Source of the DNA: Raillietiella orientalis
Taxonomy: Eukaryota
Direction of reading: 5' to 3'
Assembly: GCA_036172245.1 (NCBI GenBank)
Contig: JAYWIR010000031.1
Coordinates: 2,356,001-2,420,000 of the forward strand
DNA length: 64,000 bases
Shown here: positions 50,881-62,359 of the stretch, piece by piece
Position numbering within the stretch: position 1 is the stretch's first letter
Layout: each line of letters starts with the position of its first letter
Position numbers and translations under genes: made by a program
Notes under the pieces: model-generated
Told to the model about the DNA's origin: nothing
Databases searched by the model: none
What the model saw: the letters and a program-made list of their open reading frames with translations, nothing else

Positions 50881-53800
50881 TCACTGACCACTGGGAGGAG
50901 GTCATCCTTCGCAGGATGCCCTCGAGGTCCGTCCGTATAATTCCCAGGTGGGGCCATCTGGTCACAATCCGCAGGTAGCGGACTGCAAGTACGACGGCAT
51001 CCCTGTCGTGGCTCGGTCTTCCGACGTTGCTCCAGCACGTCACAATCCCGCGTACGCAGCAAAGTGCAGCCAGGGTTGCGGCTGGACGCAGGGCATCGTG
51101 CACGAACAGCAGCCGAAAAACGTCTCTGGGCTGGCTGCCCTCCTGGATCCGTAGGGAGGCACGAAGACGTTCCCAAAGGGGTCGGAGGGCAGCACAATCA
51201 ACAAGGAGGTGGGGGAGTGTTTCCCGTTCCCCACACCTGATGCAGGTAGGATCTACTCGACCCCTGGTCCAGTGGTGGCGGCGTGCGCTGCAGGGTAAAC
51301 CCCAATGCAACAACAGAAGCGCCGACTCCTGCCACTTCAGGGGGAGGATCCTAGATCCAATTAATACCGGGGGCCACTTCAGGTCATCCGGCTGGATGCC
51401 GAGTAGCTCGCCCCATCTCTGAAGTCCTCTCGGCTGGACACTAGGGGTACTGGCGTCCGCCAGTTCACCCGTGGAACAGCCGCTGATCAACTTCTCCTTG
51501 CCTGCGATGCGGCAGGAGACTTGCCACCTAGGCTTGCGGCTGCTGGAGAGCGCCCTCCTCAGGAAGGGCATCGCCGTAGCTAGGGGGGTTGTCTCTGCCC
51601 ACGTGCTTCTCGCGGGACACTGGAGTATCTTCCGCAGAGTGCAGCGGGAATAGGCGCCGCGTCGCAGGCAGTTCCACATCTCTCCGTTCTTCTGGTTTAT
51701 CTTCGCCCACGTGCCAGCTGTCTCCTGCAGCCATGCGGAGGAGTTGGCGGGGCTGCATACCATCCAGCCGTTTTCCTTAGCCAGAGTTGCCATGCGTCCC
51801 AGGAGAAGTCCGCATCTCTTGATCTTCCTGCCACGGCACAGAAGATAGGACGCGAGACCCTCCGTCCCGGATACACGGCTGGCAAGGAGTCGGGCCGGAA
51901 CGCACCAAGGGGTGCTACATAACTTCGCTGCGATGGCGAGGATTCGCCACCGTAGCTGAATCTCTACTCGCTCCATCGTCAAGAGGCAGAGACCGCCATC
52001 CCGACGTGGAGCACACAAGTCCTTCAACGGGACTCGGGGCCTCCCTCTTCCCCAAAGGGCAATTCGCAGGAGGTCCTTCGTCCGTTTTTTCAACTCTCTG
52101 GGGACGGGGCAAACAAAAAGAAGGGGGCGGAAGATAGGAGCCGCGAACGCGTTCCATACCGCGGCCCGTTCCAAAAGGAGAAACTTGTCTTCCAAGAACG
52201 GGCCGATCGCCGTTTCCACTTTTTGGAGGCAGCCAGACCACGCTTCCGCAGGGGAGTAGTCCCCCAACGGCACACCAAGGTACTTCAAGCACCTCGCCGT
52301 GGGGATCCCCGAGCGTAACCAGTCCTGCTGCCCTGCCCACGCCGCACCAACTGGCACCACCGACGACTTCGCCCTGTTCACCTGCAGTCCGGTCCCGCGG
52401 TTGAGCAGGTCGAAGAAATCTCCGACCGCCTTCGCCGGGGTGGACATAGGTAACAGGAGCAGAAGGTCGTCGGCATAGGCTGCTACGGCGGGCGTGCCGG
52501 GACACGAGCTCGGCAAGGAGGCCAAAGTCACCCTGTACGCTCTCAGCACCAACTCAAAGTAGGTGCTAAAGAGCAGGGGACTGAGGCTGTCGCCCTGCCG
52601 TATGCCCCGCAGTACCAGCACGCCGTACGCCATTTGACCTCTGAAAGAGATATTAATCAGCGCGCTGCGCCAGCAAGAGCGCAGGTAGGTCAGTAGGGAG
52701 GGAGGGAAGCCCATGCGTCCCAGGAGCTCCAGCAGGAGATCCTGGTCCACGCAGTCAAACGCTTTATGCAGATCGACTGCGATCGCTAGGGCTCCCTTCC
52801 CCACCTGAGAGTCCTGTCCCTGCACGGCTGACGCCCCCAAAGCGGGGCTGCCAATCCTTCCCTCTTCCTTTTCTTCACTACTCTGCACATGAAACCATGT
52901 GCTCGCGAAGAAGAGGTTGGCCTCCATACTTCGCCCGGGAACAGCGTAAGTCTGCTCCGGGCTAATTATGGAATTGGCCACCTGCCCCAGACGCGAAGCC
53001 CACAGTCCGGCGATCAACTTGGCGTCCGTGTTCACAATTGTGATCGGACGCCAGTTGTCTAGGGATCTCAGGGCTCCTCCCTTCGGGAGGAGCCTCACTC
53101 TGGCTGACCGAAACGAGGCGGGTACATCGCCTTCATCTCGGATCAGCCTTGTCAACTCAAGCACCAGGGGTGCCAACTCTGCCGCGAAGCATTGAAAAAA
53201 CTCCGCAGGCAGGCCGTCCTCCCCTGGTGCTTTCCGCCTCTTGAGCCTTTTGATACCGACGAGAATTTCGCCGGTGGTAAAAGGCTCGTCGAGGCTTTCC
53301 TTCTTCTCCTCCCCTATTGCCGGGGCACCGTTTGGAAGCAAGCGTCGAGAGGCATCTTGGTCCGGGGGCGCCCTGGCGTAGAGGCATGAATAAAATCTTC
53401 GCACGAGATGCCGTACCGACGCCGGGGACGAACATTCCCGGCCCTGGTCGTCCAGCAAGCTGGCCGACCCGGGTTGCCAGGCTTGGCGTTCGGCCCCGGC
53501 GTGGTACTCGGCCAAGCGACGGACATTAGGGGTTCTCTCGTAACGACGGGCCTGTAAATAGGCTCGATGGTTGCGAGCACCCTCGCCAAATCCGGGGGGC
53601 AGGCGATCCAGGGGGAACTGCTCGCAGAACTCGGGGACCGATTCCTTAAAAAGGTCCCAGTCCTGGAGATTCCGGAGCGTGACGCTTCTCAGGTATTCGC
53701 GAAGGTGTACCTTTGCACCTGCGAGTTGCGTCCAGTCCCCGGGGAGACGCCAGTCCATGGATGGCGGTCCCTTGTCGCGAGGCCGCATCTCGAAAATTAG

Positions 53801-54006
53801 CCGGGAATGGTCCGACAGCGTGGAGGCAATCTTCCCCCGTTTGCCGACCCGTGAACACAGGTCAGCGTCGAGGAAGACGTGGTCGATGCTGCGGACCATT
53901 CCCCTCTCTCCCGCAAACAAGTTGCGCGCACGCATGGCGGCGCACAACTCGTTCATCGCGTTCACTTGTGTTTCCGGCTCACCTGTTAGCAGGCGGAGAT
54001 TGAAAT
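50881..54006 (-). CDS. ORF2 of E/B, 3' part (APE C-terminal DHVF/SDH, RT, zinc finger); the usual stop near 50881 is bypassed by a terminal frameshift
   Basis: 1091-aa open frame 50738-54013 with IDHVFL, LSDH, YADD and CIRCGERETLPHLLVDC. Confidence 0.9.
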
Positions 54007-54319
54007 TTATCACCCGGTCACTTCGGGGCGTTTATTAATAATAATAAACTGGTCAGAGACAATGTTCCCAACCAACAGAACGACAGAGAACATAGAAAAA
54101 TTACCGGCACGCAGGCCTGGTAAACAAACCGCTCGCAGCGTGGGGGGAATGAGGGGAAACAAACAAAAATCAAAAACTGGAGGGAAGGGAAAAGGGTTTT
54201 TGGATAGGCTCCGTACTCACGGGGAATTATACGATGAGCACCTGAAATGTTCCGGAGCCTATGAGGACGCGGGTGTAAAAAGAAAATACAAAATTAGTTT
54301 ATGGAGGGTAGGGCAATGA

Positions 54320-57300
54320 TCACCGGGTTGGCCGCTGATGAGGGTGTGTAAACCGGCGGTGTATTGCGGCGAGATTCCTTTTTGTCTCCTCTGTCAAATG
54401 AGGCCATCTAGCGGATGCTCCCATGTAGAAGGATGCTTTGCTGATTACCTCTTGGTGCTGTCCGTTGATTACCAACGCCTGGCGGACGGAAACTATCGCG
54501 CGTATGCAACTGATGGTTGCAATCCTTGCGCTTAGTGACAGCCCGCTCGGCGTGAAGAATCGTCGCAGCAAGTCTCTTGCGGTGTCCACGGGATGCATCA
54601 GTGCTGTTGCCAGCCTACGCCACAGTCCTTGTAGGACAACGCAGTCCAGAAGTAGGTGCGGAATCGACTCCGTCGATCCGCACCGAACGCAGTTCGCAGA
54701 CGCAAGTCCCCCGGAGTCATGATGCCAACGCTCGTTGCACTGAAAACCCCAGTGAACGAAAAGCAGCACGGCTTGTTTCCAAGCAAGGGGGAGCAGCGAA
54801 CTGTCAATACACTGTGGAGGGACTACAAGTTCTTCGGGGGTGACAGCAAGTTCTTCTGCCCACCGGAGGAGTCCGTTTGCAGTAACACGAGGAGTGGCGG
54901 CGTCCGCCAACTCACTGGTCTTCCAGGCGCCAAGGAGTTTGGTTTTTCCCGCTATCGTGCAGGAAACCTCCCACCTCGCCGGTTGGTAACTGTCGTTTCT
55001 TGCCCTGAGGGCAGACAGCGCTGCGGCAACAGGCGTTGCAGCCAGGGTAGAAAACTTCACCTCGTCCTGCAGTACTTCTTCCAAGGATCGTGGAAAAAAT
55101 TGGCGCAGGGGGCGAAGATCTTCAGGGCGTATTCCTTGGAACGCCGCCCAGGATTTAACAGACTCCTGCCGCCAAGCTTCAAAGTTCATTGGGCGGCAGG
55201 AGATACACGAGTGTGCTTCCAGAAGTGCGGTTAACTGCCGCAATGGAAACCCGAAACCCCGCTTCCTGTATTGAGTGCCCGGCAAAAGCGAGAGAAATCC
55301 TCCGCTGCCGGCGCATCTCCGCAGGAGAATGCGGGCTGGCACACACAGGGGGGATGTCCATAGCTGGGCACACAGTGCCAGCAGTCGGAACTGCACCTGC
55401 AGTCCGATTCGCTCCATTGTCAGGATACCCAAACCAACATCCCGACGCGGAGCTAACAAATCTTTAAGGCGGATCCTGGATCTCGCCGGACCCCAGAGAG
55501 CGTTCCTGAGCAGGCGCTCAGCCCGCTGTTTCGCCGCATAGGGGGGGTCCAAAACAAAAAACAGGGGACGGAGGAGGGGGGCCACAAAGGTGTTCCAAAT
55601 AGTCGCCCGTTCCTGCAAGGTAAACTTGCCGTTAAAGAACGGGCTGATGGCCAACTCTGCTTTCTGAAGACAGTCCGCCCACGCTTCGGCTGCGCCGAAA
55701 GCGCTCAACGGAACGCCAAGGTACTTAAAGTACCCGCCCGTGGGGATCCCCAGGCGGATTCAGTCGGACTGCCCCTCCCACGACGTACCCACAGGAACGA
55801 CCACGCTCTTCTCTCTGTTCACGCTCACGCCCGCTCCCCGACGAATCAGGTCGAAGAAATCCTCGACACTGGACGCCGGGGTGGACATGGGGAGAAGAAG
55901 AAGCAGGTCATCAGCGTAGGCGGCCACGGCAGGCGTTCCCGGGCAGGAGCTTGGCAAGTGAGACAGCGTCAGCCTGTATGCTCTTAGCACCAACTCAAAG
56001 AAGATGCTGAAGAGCAACGGGCTTAAGCTGTCGCCCTGTCGGATGCCCCTACGAACGGGAATACCAGACACGCGGCAGCCGCTAAAAGTGATGCAGGTTA
56101 GCGCGTGGCGCCAGCACGCGCGCAAATACAGCAGGAGTTGCGCCGGGAACCCAAGGCGTTCCATAAGCTCCAAAAGCAGCTTCTGGTTTACGCAGTCGAA
56201 CGCCTTGTGGAGATCGACCGCGACCGCCAAGGCACCTGGCGTTCCCTCCTGCCGTCGGCGCCTGTTCTTTTTGCCTGCAGCAGTGACTTTCGCAGCAGCC
56301 TGGCTTTGCTGCGCCACAACTTCCTGCAGCTGCATCCATGTACGCGCGAAAAGGATGTTCGCCTCCATGGATCGTCCCGGAACCGCGTAGGTTTGTTCCG
56401 GACTCACCACAGATTCCGCGATACTTCCTAACCGCGCGACCCACAGCTTGGAAGACAACTTGACGTCCGAGTTCACCAAGGTGATCGGACGCCAGTTGTT
56501 AAGTTGGCGCAAGTCTCCGCCTTTCGGCAGGAGACGCACCTTCGCTGAGCGGAAGGAATCCGGGACATTCCCGGATTCACTAATCAGCGTCGCGAGTTTC
56601 AGCAACAAGGGAATGAGCTCCACTGCAAAGCACTGATAAAACTCTGCAGAGAGCCCATCCTCGCCTGGCGCCTTTCGTCTCTTCAGCCCAGCGATGGCGG
56701 ACGAAAATTCATCCGCCGTGAAGGGCTCGTCGAGACGTTCGCGTTCCTCCTCGCCGACAACACGAGCATCCTGAGACAGGAGTATCTCAGAAAGAATATC
56801 CTCCGTCGGGGATTCCGCGTAGAGCGAGAAGTAGTAGCGTCTCACAATGCGGCGTACTTCGGCTGGGGCCGAACATTCCTGGCCCTTGTCGTCCAACAGG
56901 CATGCTGCTCCGGACTGCCAGACCTGGCGCTCGGCCCTCGCCTTGTACTCGTCGAGACGCCCGACATCCGCGCGTCTCGAAAACGTGCGGGCCTGCAGAA
57001 AGTCTCTACTGTTGGCCACGCCCTCTCCGAAACCGCGTGGAAGCCGGTGCAAGGGGAATTGGCAGCAGAACTCGCGGACAGATCTTTTGAGATCGTCCCA
57101 GTCCGCAAGTTCTTGAATGGCAAAGCCTCGGAGGTATCCACGTAGATGCTCCGCAGGCTCCGGTTGGCTAAGCCAATCCGCCTGCATCCTCCAGCTTTGC
57201 GACGGAGGCCCCCTGCCTGGCGGAAGGATCTCAAACTCCAACCTGTGGTGGTCAGAAAGCTTAGTCAACAATCTTCCTCTCCTACCCACACGGGAATGCA

Positions 57301-57980
57301 GGTTTTCATCGAGGAAAACGTGATCGAGCGATCTTTTTATTCCAGGTTCGCTGGCCATCAAGTTGGCGGCGTGCACGGACGCGCACATCTCGATGGGCAG
57401 CGCGCGCTCCCTCGGGCGGCTCCAATCGTCGGAGAGCAGGCGGACGTTGAAGTCCCCAGCGACGAGGTGCGCCACTTGGAAACCGGAGTTGTTGAGCCAC
57501 TGGCTCTGCACCTCACCAAAGAAAGCTACTCTTTCTTCGAGGTAGCGAGAGCTACCTCGAAGAAAGAGTAGCTTTCTTTGGCGAGGGGCAGTCCGACTGG
57601 ATCCGCCTGGGGATCCCCACTCGGCGCGTAGACGTTCGTAACGACGAGATCGATGGACTCGGACCACTTGATGACAAGTTGGCCTATCCGTCCGTCGTCA
57701 TCGAAACGAAGACTACGCACCGCTTCCGCCATTTTTCCTCTTACGAGGAACGCGACGCCGCACGTGTGTGCGCCGCCGCACCGCCAATGTAGCGTTCCGC
57801 CTGCGCGCTCCTCGATTTCGGTTGCCTGCTCGTCGGAGATTACGTGAATCTCCTGCAGGAGCGCGAGGTCGAAGGGGCGCAGGGCGTTGGCTACTAATCG
57901 CCTCTTCTCGTCGTTCTGTAGTCCGTTCACGTTCCAACACGTTACGGACAGACGACGAGAAGACGCGATTCCCCGCCTTA
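54320..57980 (-). pseudogene. ORF2 of element C (APE-RT-zinc finger), disrupted by a templated insertion (~57551-57617) and a TGG>TGA stop at 55760
   Basis: CWNVNGL, LLQEIH, NVYAP, GDFN, SDH, YADD, CVRCG motifs. Confidence 0.92.
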
Positions 57981-59900
57981 CTGCTGGGAAGGTGGCGGCT
58001 TTTTGCTCGCTTTATCCGGCGAGCAGACGGCGAGCAGCACGACTGGCTGGAGGGGACGGTCGCCACCGTCCTCTGTCGTGCTGCATGCATGTAATGCCTC
58101 CACGCCAGGCTGAACCCCGTCGGGTTTCGTGGAGACTTCGCGTTGCTTCGCGGCGAGCGTTGCCTGGCTGCCTACTTTTGATCGGCGCGCACACGCTTTC
58201 GAACGAGTTGTCCTCTTCTCGATGATCAGAACGGCATCCATTTCGGAGTCCGACCGGCGCATGTTCGATCGGATTTCGGCCTTCCGCGAAGCAGTGACAG
58301 GTTCTGCTGGATTGACAGCTGTCCGGTTTTCGTTTTCCGTCACCAGAGCATCGCTTTTGGTGACGGCTGCTTTCCCGGCGCGCGCGTTTTCAGCGTGCTC
58401 ACGCGCAGTTGCACGAGGGACCTTTGCTGAAGTCTTCTTTACTTCATTACGGTTCCTCACTTCGCGTGGCGCCGTAAATGGAGATTGTGCTCCATTGCCA
58501 TCTTTGAAGCCATCAGCGTCTTTGGACGGGAGCAGTTTCGATGGCTCCAACACGCTCGTCATGGACGCTGCCTTCGGAAGGGTTTTTAATCCCTTCGTTG
58601 GCATGGCATCCGCGCCAGTCGAGAGCTTGCTCTCCGACTGCGACGGCGTGAGATTTTTCTCCGCTTTCGCGGTGTTTGATCGCGACGCGGATTTTTTTTT
58701 GCCGACTTTCGAAGTCGACACGGCACAACCCTTCTTACCCGATTTGGGCTTCTCAGCCACTGCAGGAGGTGAAGGAATGGATCTGACGGTACTGGAAGTG
58801 TGCTTACCGCCGTTGTCCATTGACGTCTTCGCCGGTTGCTCGAACTCCGAAAGAGCCGGGCGTGCTTGGGAAGGACAGCTATTGCGCCTAGGGGGACTTA
58901 CCATTGCCCCGGATTCCCCGCACCCTTTCTTTTGCGGCTCCCCTGCCGCGAGAGGGGGCGCGCAGGGCTTCGCGTGCGAGGTTTCCTGCTGCTTTGGGGC
59001 GACATTCCGCCTCGCGTTTTTTCAGAATTTCTGCCGTGGGGTCTCCAGGTTTTTCGCAGATTTTTTCTTTTTATCCGCGCTTGGTTTTTTAAGATGGAGC
59101 TCCGCGGCTGCCTTTTTTCGCAAAAGATCCGGGCAATTTTTCAATGGGTGCCCGGATAGTTTGCAATAACGGCATTTTCCAGAGGGGCATTTATCCAAAC
59201 AATGCCCCTCCTTCCCGCATTGCTCGCACGTTTTTACTTTGCCCACGAACCACAGGTGAACCACCGTGTCTTTCACCTGTAGTTTGGTGGGCAGCAGACG
59301 GCGGTCCGGCATTGTAAGCCGGACTCCAGCGACTCCGCTGTGTATGGACGGGAAGTCCTTGAGGTTGCTACGCACCCTCCACAGCGCATGGACCGTGGCG
59401 AATTTCGCCAACGCATTCCGAATATCAATATCGGAGATTTCCGACTCGATGTTGAAAATCTCCACCACAAATGAGTCGTCCATGGCGGCCGGGAAGACCT
59501 TCTGGCCACGGATCGACAACGGGGTGCGCAGCAAGCGTTGCACAAGTGCAGCGTCTTTGCAACGCACCTTGAAATAGCCCATATCCTTTACGGGCATAAT
59601 GGCGAGGAGGGCCTCCTCCCGCACGCCAACACGGGTCAGTTCATCGTTGAACTGATTCCCATCGCGCGCAGAAAGAAAGCCACTCACCTTATATCGGAGA
59701 GCCGGTCTATAGCCTTGGGCTACGTATGCCCGCAACTCCGACTCGTCGAGTGGTTTCCCTTTGACGGCTGCTGTGGCAGCAACGTCAGCAAAACTCCTCT
59801 CCATTGGCGAGAAAGACGAAGTGGAGGCGGCCGTTGGTTCCGCGATTGCAGATCCGGATGCTGTTCCTCCAACTTCAGTAGCTTCAAGTTGGGTCGACAT
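57978..59900 (-). pseudogene. ORF1 of element C (RRM-like, two CCHC knuckles, long basic tail), one in-frame TGA at 59022-59024
   Basis: CEQCGKEGHCLDKC and CRYCKLSGHPLKNC; frames 59022-59930 and 57978-58904 are collinear. Confidence 0.9.
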
Positions 59901-59978
59901 CGTCGTCAAAATGTACGACGCCAAGATCAAGCGGATGAAAGCACGGAGACGAGAGCGAAGAAAAACACGTCCGCACTC

Positions 59979-60450
59979 GATTGAAATCTCCCGCTATCAG
60001 GTGAGCCTTCCGCACGTTCGTGTCCGCCAGCCAGTCGCGCTTCAGGGAATCCAGCAGCCTGGTACGGTCGCTGTATCCCTGTTTACCGCTGGGGGCGTAC
60101 ACATTCGTGACGATCAGTTCGATCGAGTTGGACCAGCTGAGAATCAGCTGACCGACCCGACCGTCGTCATCGAAGCGCACGCCCTTCACGGCAGCGTCGA
60201 TGGCCGTCTTCACGAAGAACGCGACACCGCAGGTGTTGCGGAGGCCGCACCGCCAATACAACCGACCCCCCGCGATCGTCTCGATCTCCTGGGCGTCTGC
60301 CGCGGTGATCACGTGGATCTCCTGCAGCAGCGCCAGGTCGAGCTCACGCAGGGTGTCGGCTGTATCTCGCCCGTTGCCGTCGTCCCGCAGCCCGTTCACG
60401 TTCCAACAGGCCGCGCGAATCCGACGTCGACTGGCGAGCCCAGGTGTTAG
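59979..60450 (-). pseudogene. APE endonuclease N-terminal half of element E/B ORF2
   Basis: IRAACWNVNGL..LLQEIH..CGVAFF..DGRVG..NVYAP..AHLIAGDFN. Confidence 0.92.
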
Positions 60451-62262
60451 TCCTGGGAAAACGGCGATGCGGCGTCCGCCACCTGTTGAGGCGGGACGCT
60501 AGGTAAAGGAGGAGGGTCAGGCGCTGCGTGCACCTGGTCCCCCTCCTCCATGGGTAACGGCGCGTCGAGCGGGTCACCCTCAGGTGGGTTCGCGCCTACC
60601 TGTTGGCCCTCCTCCATGGGGGCGGGCTGTTCAGGCTCGGCGACTGCAGGGAGGACTTCACCCTTCCTGCTCACCCTCCTCCATGGGGGTGGCCAACTCG
60701 ACGGCTTCCGGGCGTGGGTGTTCCCCCTCCGGGATTCCCACGCTGCCGCTTCCTTCCAGCTTCTCCTCCTCGCTGGTGGAGTGGAGGCGACTCCTGGGTT
60801 TCTGGGACTTGCGTCCCGACTTCCTGGGGGGTGCCTCCGAGGAGGAGGATGTGCTTCCGGCCCCCAGGTCGCACTCACCTGCGGGGGCCTTCTTCGTCGG
60901 AGGCGACCTGCGTACGCCCTTGCGCGACGGGGTTTCGCGCTCGGCGAGCGTTGCTGCGAGCTCCTCCGCCGCTTTCTCGAAGGCCGCGTCTTCGCCAGCG
61001 GCGACCGTTGCCGCGGGCTGCTCCGCGACCTTATCGAGCGCGGCGTCCTGGCTGTCGGCGCGCGAGTCTCGCGTCTCACTCTCTAAACGTAGAATGGGCT
61101 CGTCCACGCGAGTATTCATCGCGTCCGCATCAGCAGTTTCGCGAACATTGCCGCGGGCGGACTCGGCAGGAACGGCTAAGCGTTCCAGTGCCACCGAGCA
61201 TTCGCGGAGTTGTTTTTTTGAAAGCGGCGCGGCTTTTTTCTTTTTGCCGGCAGTTTTCTTCTCCGACTTTTCTTCTGCCATCGCTTTCTTTTTTTTTTGT
61301 TTTCTGGCCTGAACCAGCTGCCAACCCTCCTCCATTTCCGCGTCCACGGGAGCTCTTTCCTTCGACGCCTGTACGGGAGGACAGGAGGCTGGCAGTTGGG
61401 AACGGCCATTTTCGCGAACTGGTCTTTCTACCAGCTTTCCACGTTTTCCCTGCGCCTTTTTGGCGGCAGGGGGCACCGGGGTGGGGCGCTTGGGGCACAC
61501 GCTCCGAACGTGACCCTTTTCCCTGCATAGGTGGCACACAATGTTCGGGCACCTTTTTCGTAGATGCCCTACTGCATTGCAGTAGCCACAAAATTGGCGT
61601 TTCCCCACGTACTAGAGGTCCACCGCTTCTTGGCAGGCCTCCAGCTTGTGGGGAAGCGCACCACCCTCTTTTACTGTGATACGCGCCGCAGCTTGACCTC
61701 CAAAAAGGCTATTGTAGCCTTGGAAAATCGTGGACTTCGGCCACAACGCGTGCACTTCTCCGTGCTTTTGTAGCTGTTCTCGAACCGCTGACCTAGTCAT
61801 GCGACTGGAGATCCCAGTGAGATGGACCACCACCGAGCGGTCCATCGTCACCGGCAAGATCTTCCGACCATCAACGATCAGCGGGTCGGTGATCAGGCGT
61901 CGGGCCAAGGTGATATCTTTGCATACCACCTCGACCCGCTGCCCGCCGCTGAGGACGGAGAGGCCGTCAAGATCTTTTTCGAAGATATTGGCGTTCTGCA
62001 GCGCCTTCGTAAAGGCGCGCGCAGTTCGCCCATCAAAAAGGTTGTCTACCTTGTAGACTAGCGAGGGTTTATACCCCGCTTTCTTGTAGGCTTCCATCTC
62101 GGCCATGGCTTTCACGCTAGGCGCGGCCACCATGGCGCTCCATGACCTCGGCGTCGCCGGGGACGATCTCGGGGCGGATGCCCCTGATCCAGTAGGCTGT
62201 GGGGACGAACAAGCCTCCCCCACGCCTACTCCCATCGCGGTGTCCTCTGGCAACGCTGCCAT
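60447..62262 (-). pseudogene. ORF1 of element E/B (TGG>TAG at 61612-61614, frameshift near 60680)
   Basis: RSWSAMVAAP..GYKPSLVYKV..CGYCNAVGHLRKRC..CHLCREKGHVRSVC. Confidence 0.9.
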
Positions 62263-62359
62263 CGGACACCGACGATGTGCACGCACAAACCACTTAAGAA
62301 AAAACCACTCGCCTTGTTACGCAGGCGGAGCGCAGGAAAAGCACGTCCTCTCTGCACAG

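Larger units (their letters stand above)
54007..59978 (-). mobile_element. Full-length Tx1-like element C (5,972 bp) with 9-bp TSD GATTGAAAT
   Basis: TSD at 53998-54006 and 59979-59987; 5'UTR, ORF1, ORF2, 3'UTR, AATAAA + hairpin. Confidence 0.95.
50674..62359 (-). mobile_element. Full-length Tx1-like element E/B (~5.7 kb), split by nested element C
   Basis: 5' part 59979-62359 (5'UTR, ORF1, APE up to AGDFN) continues as FNLRLL at 54006 downward through RT, zinc finger and 3'UTR. Confidence 0.92.

Noticed and set aside
59022..59024. Programmed stop readthrough in ORF1
   Set aside because: The E ORF1 stop is at a different position and replaces a conserved Trp; ordinary nonsense decay is the simpler explanation
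58129..59169. 346-aa plus-strand ORF (also 60603-61679 and 45660-46619)
   Set aside because: Antisense shadows of GC-rich retrotransposon ORFs
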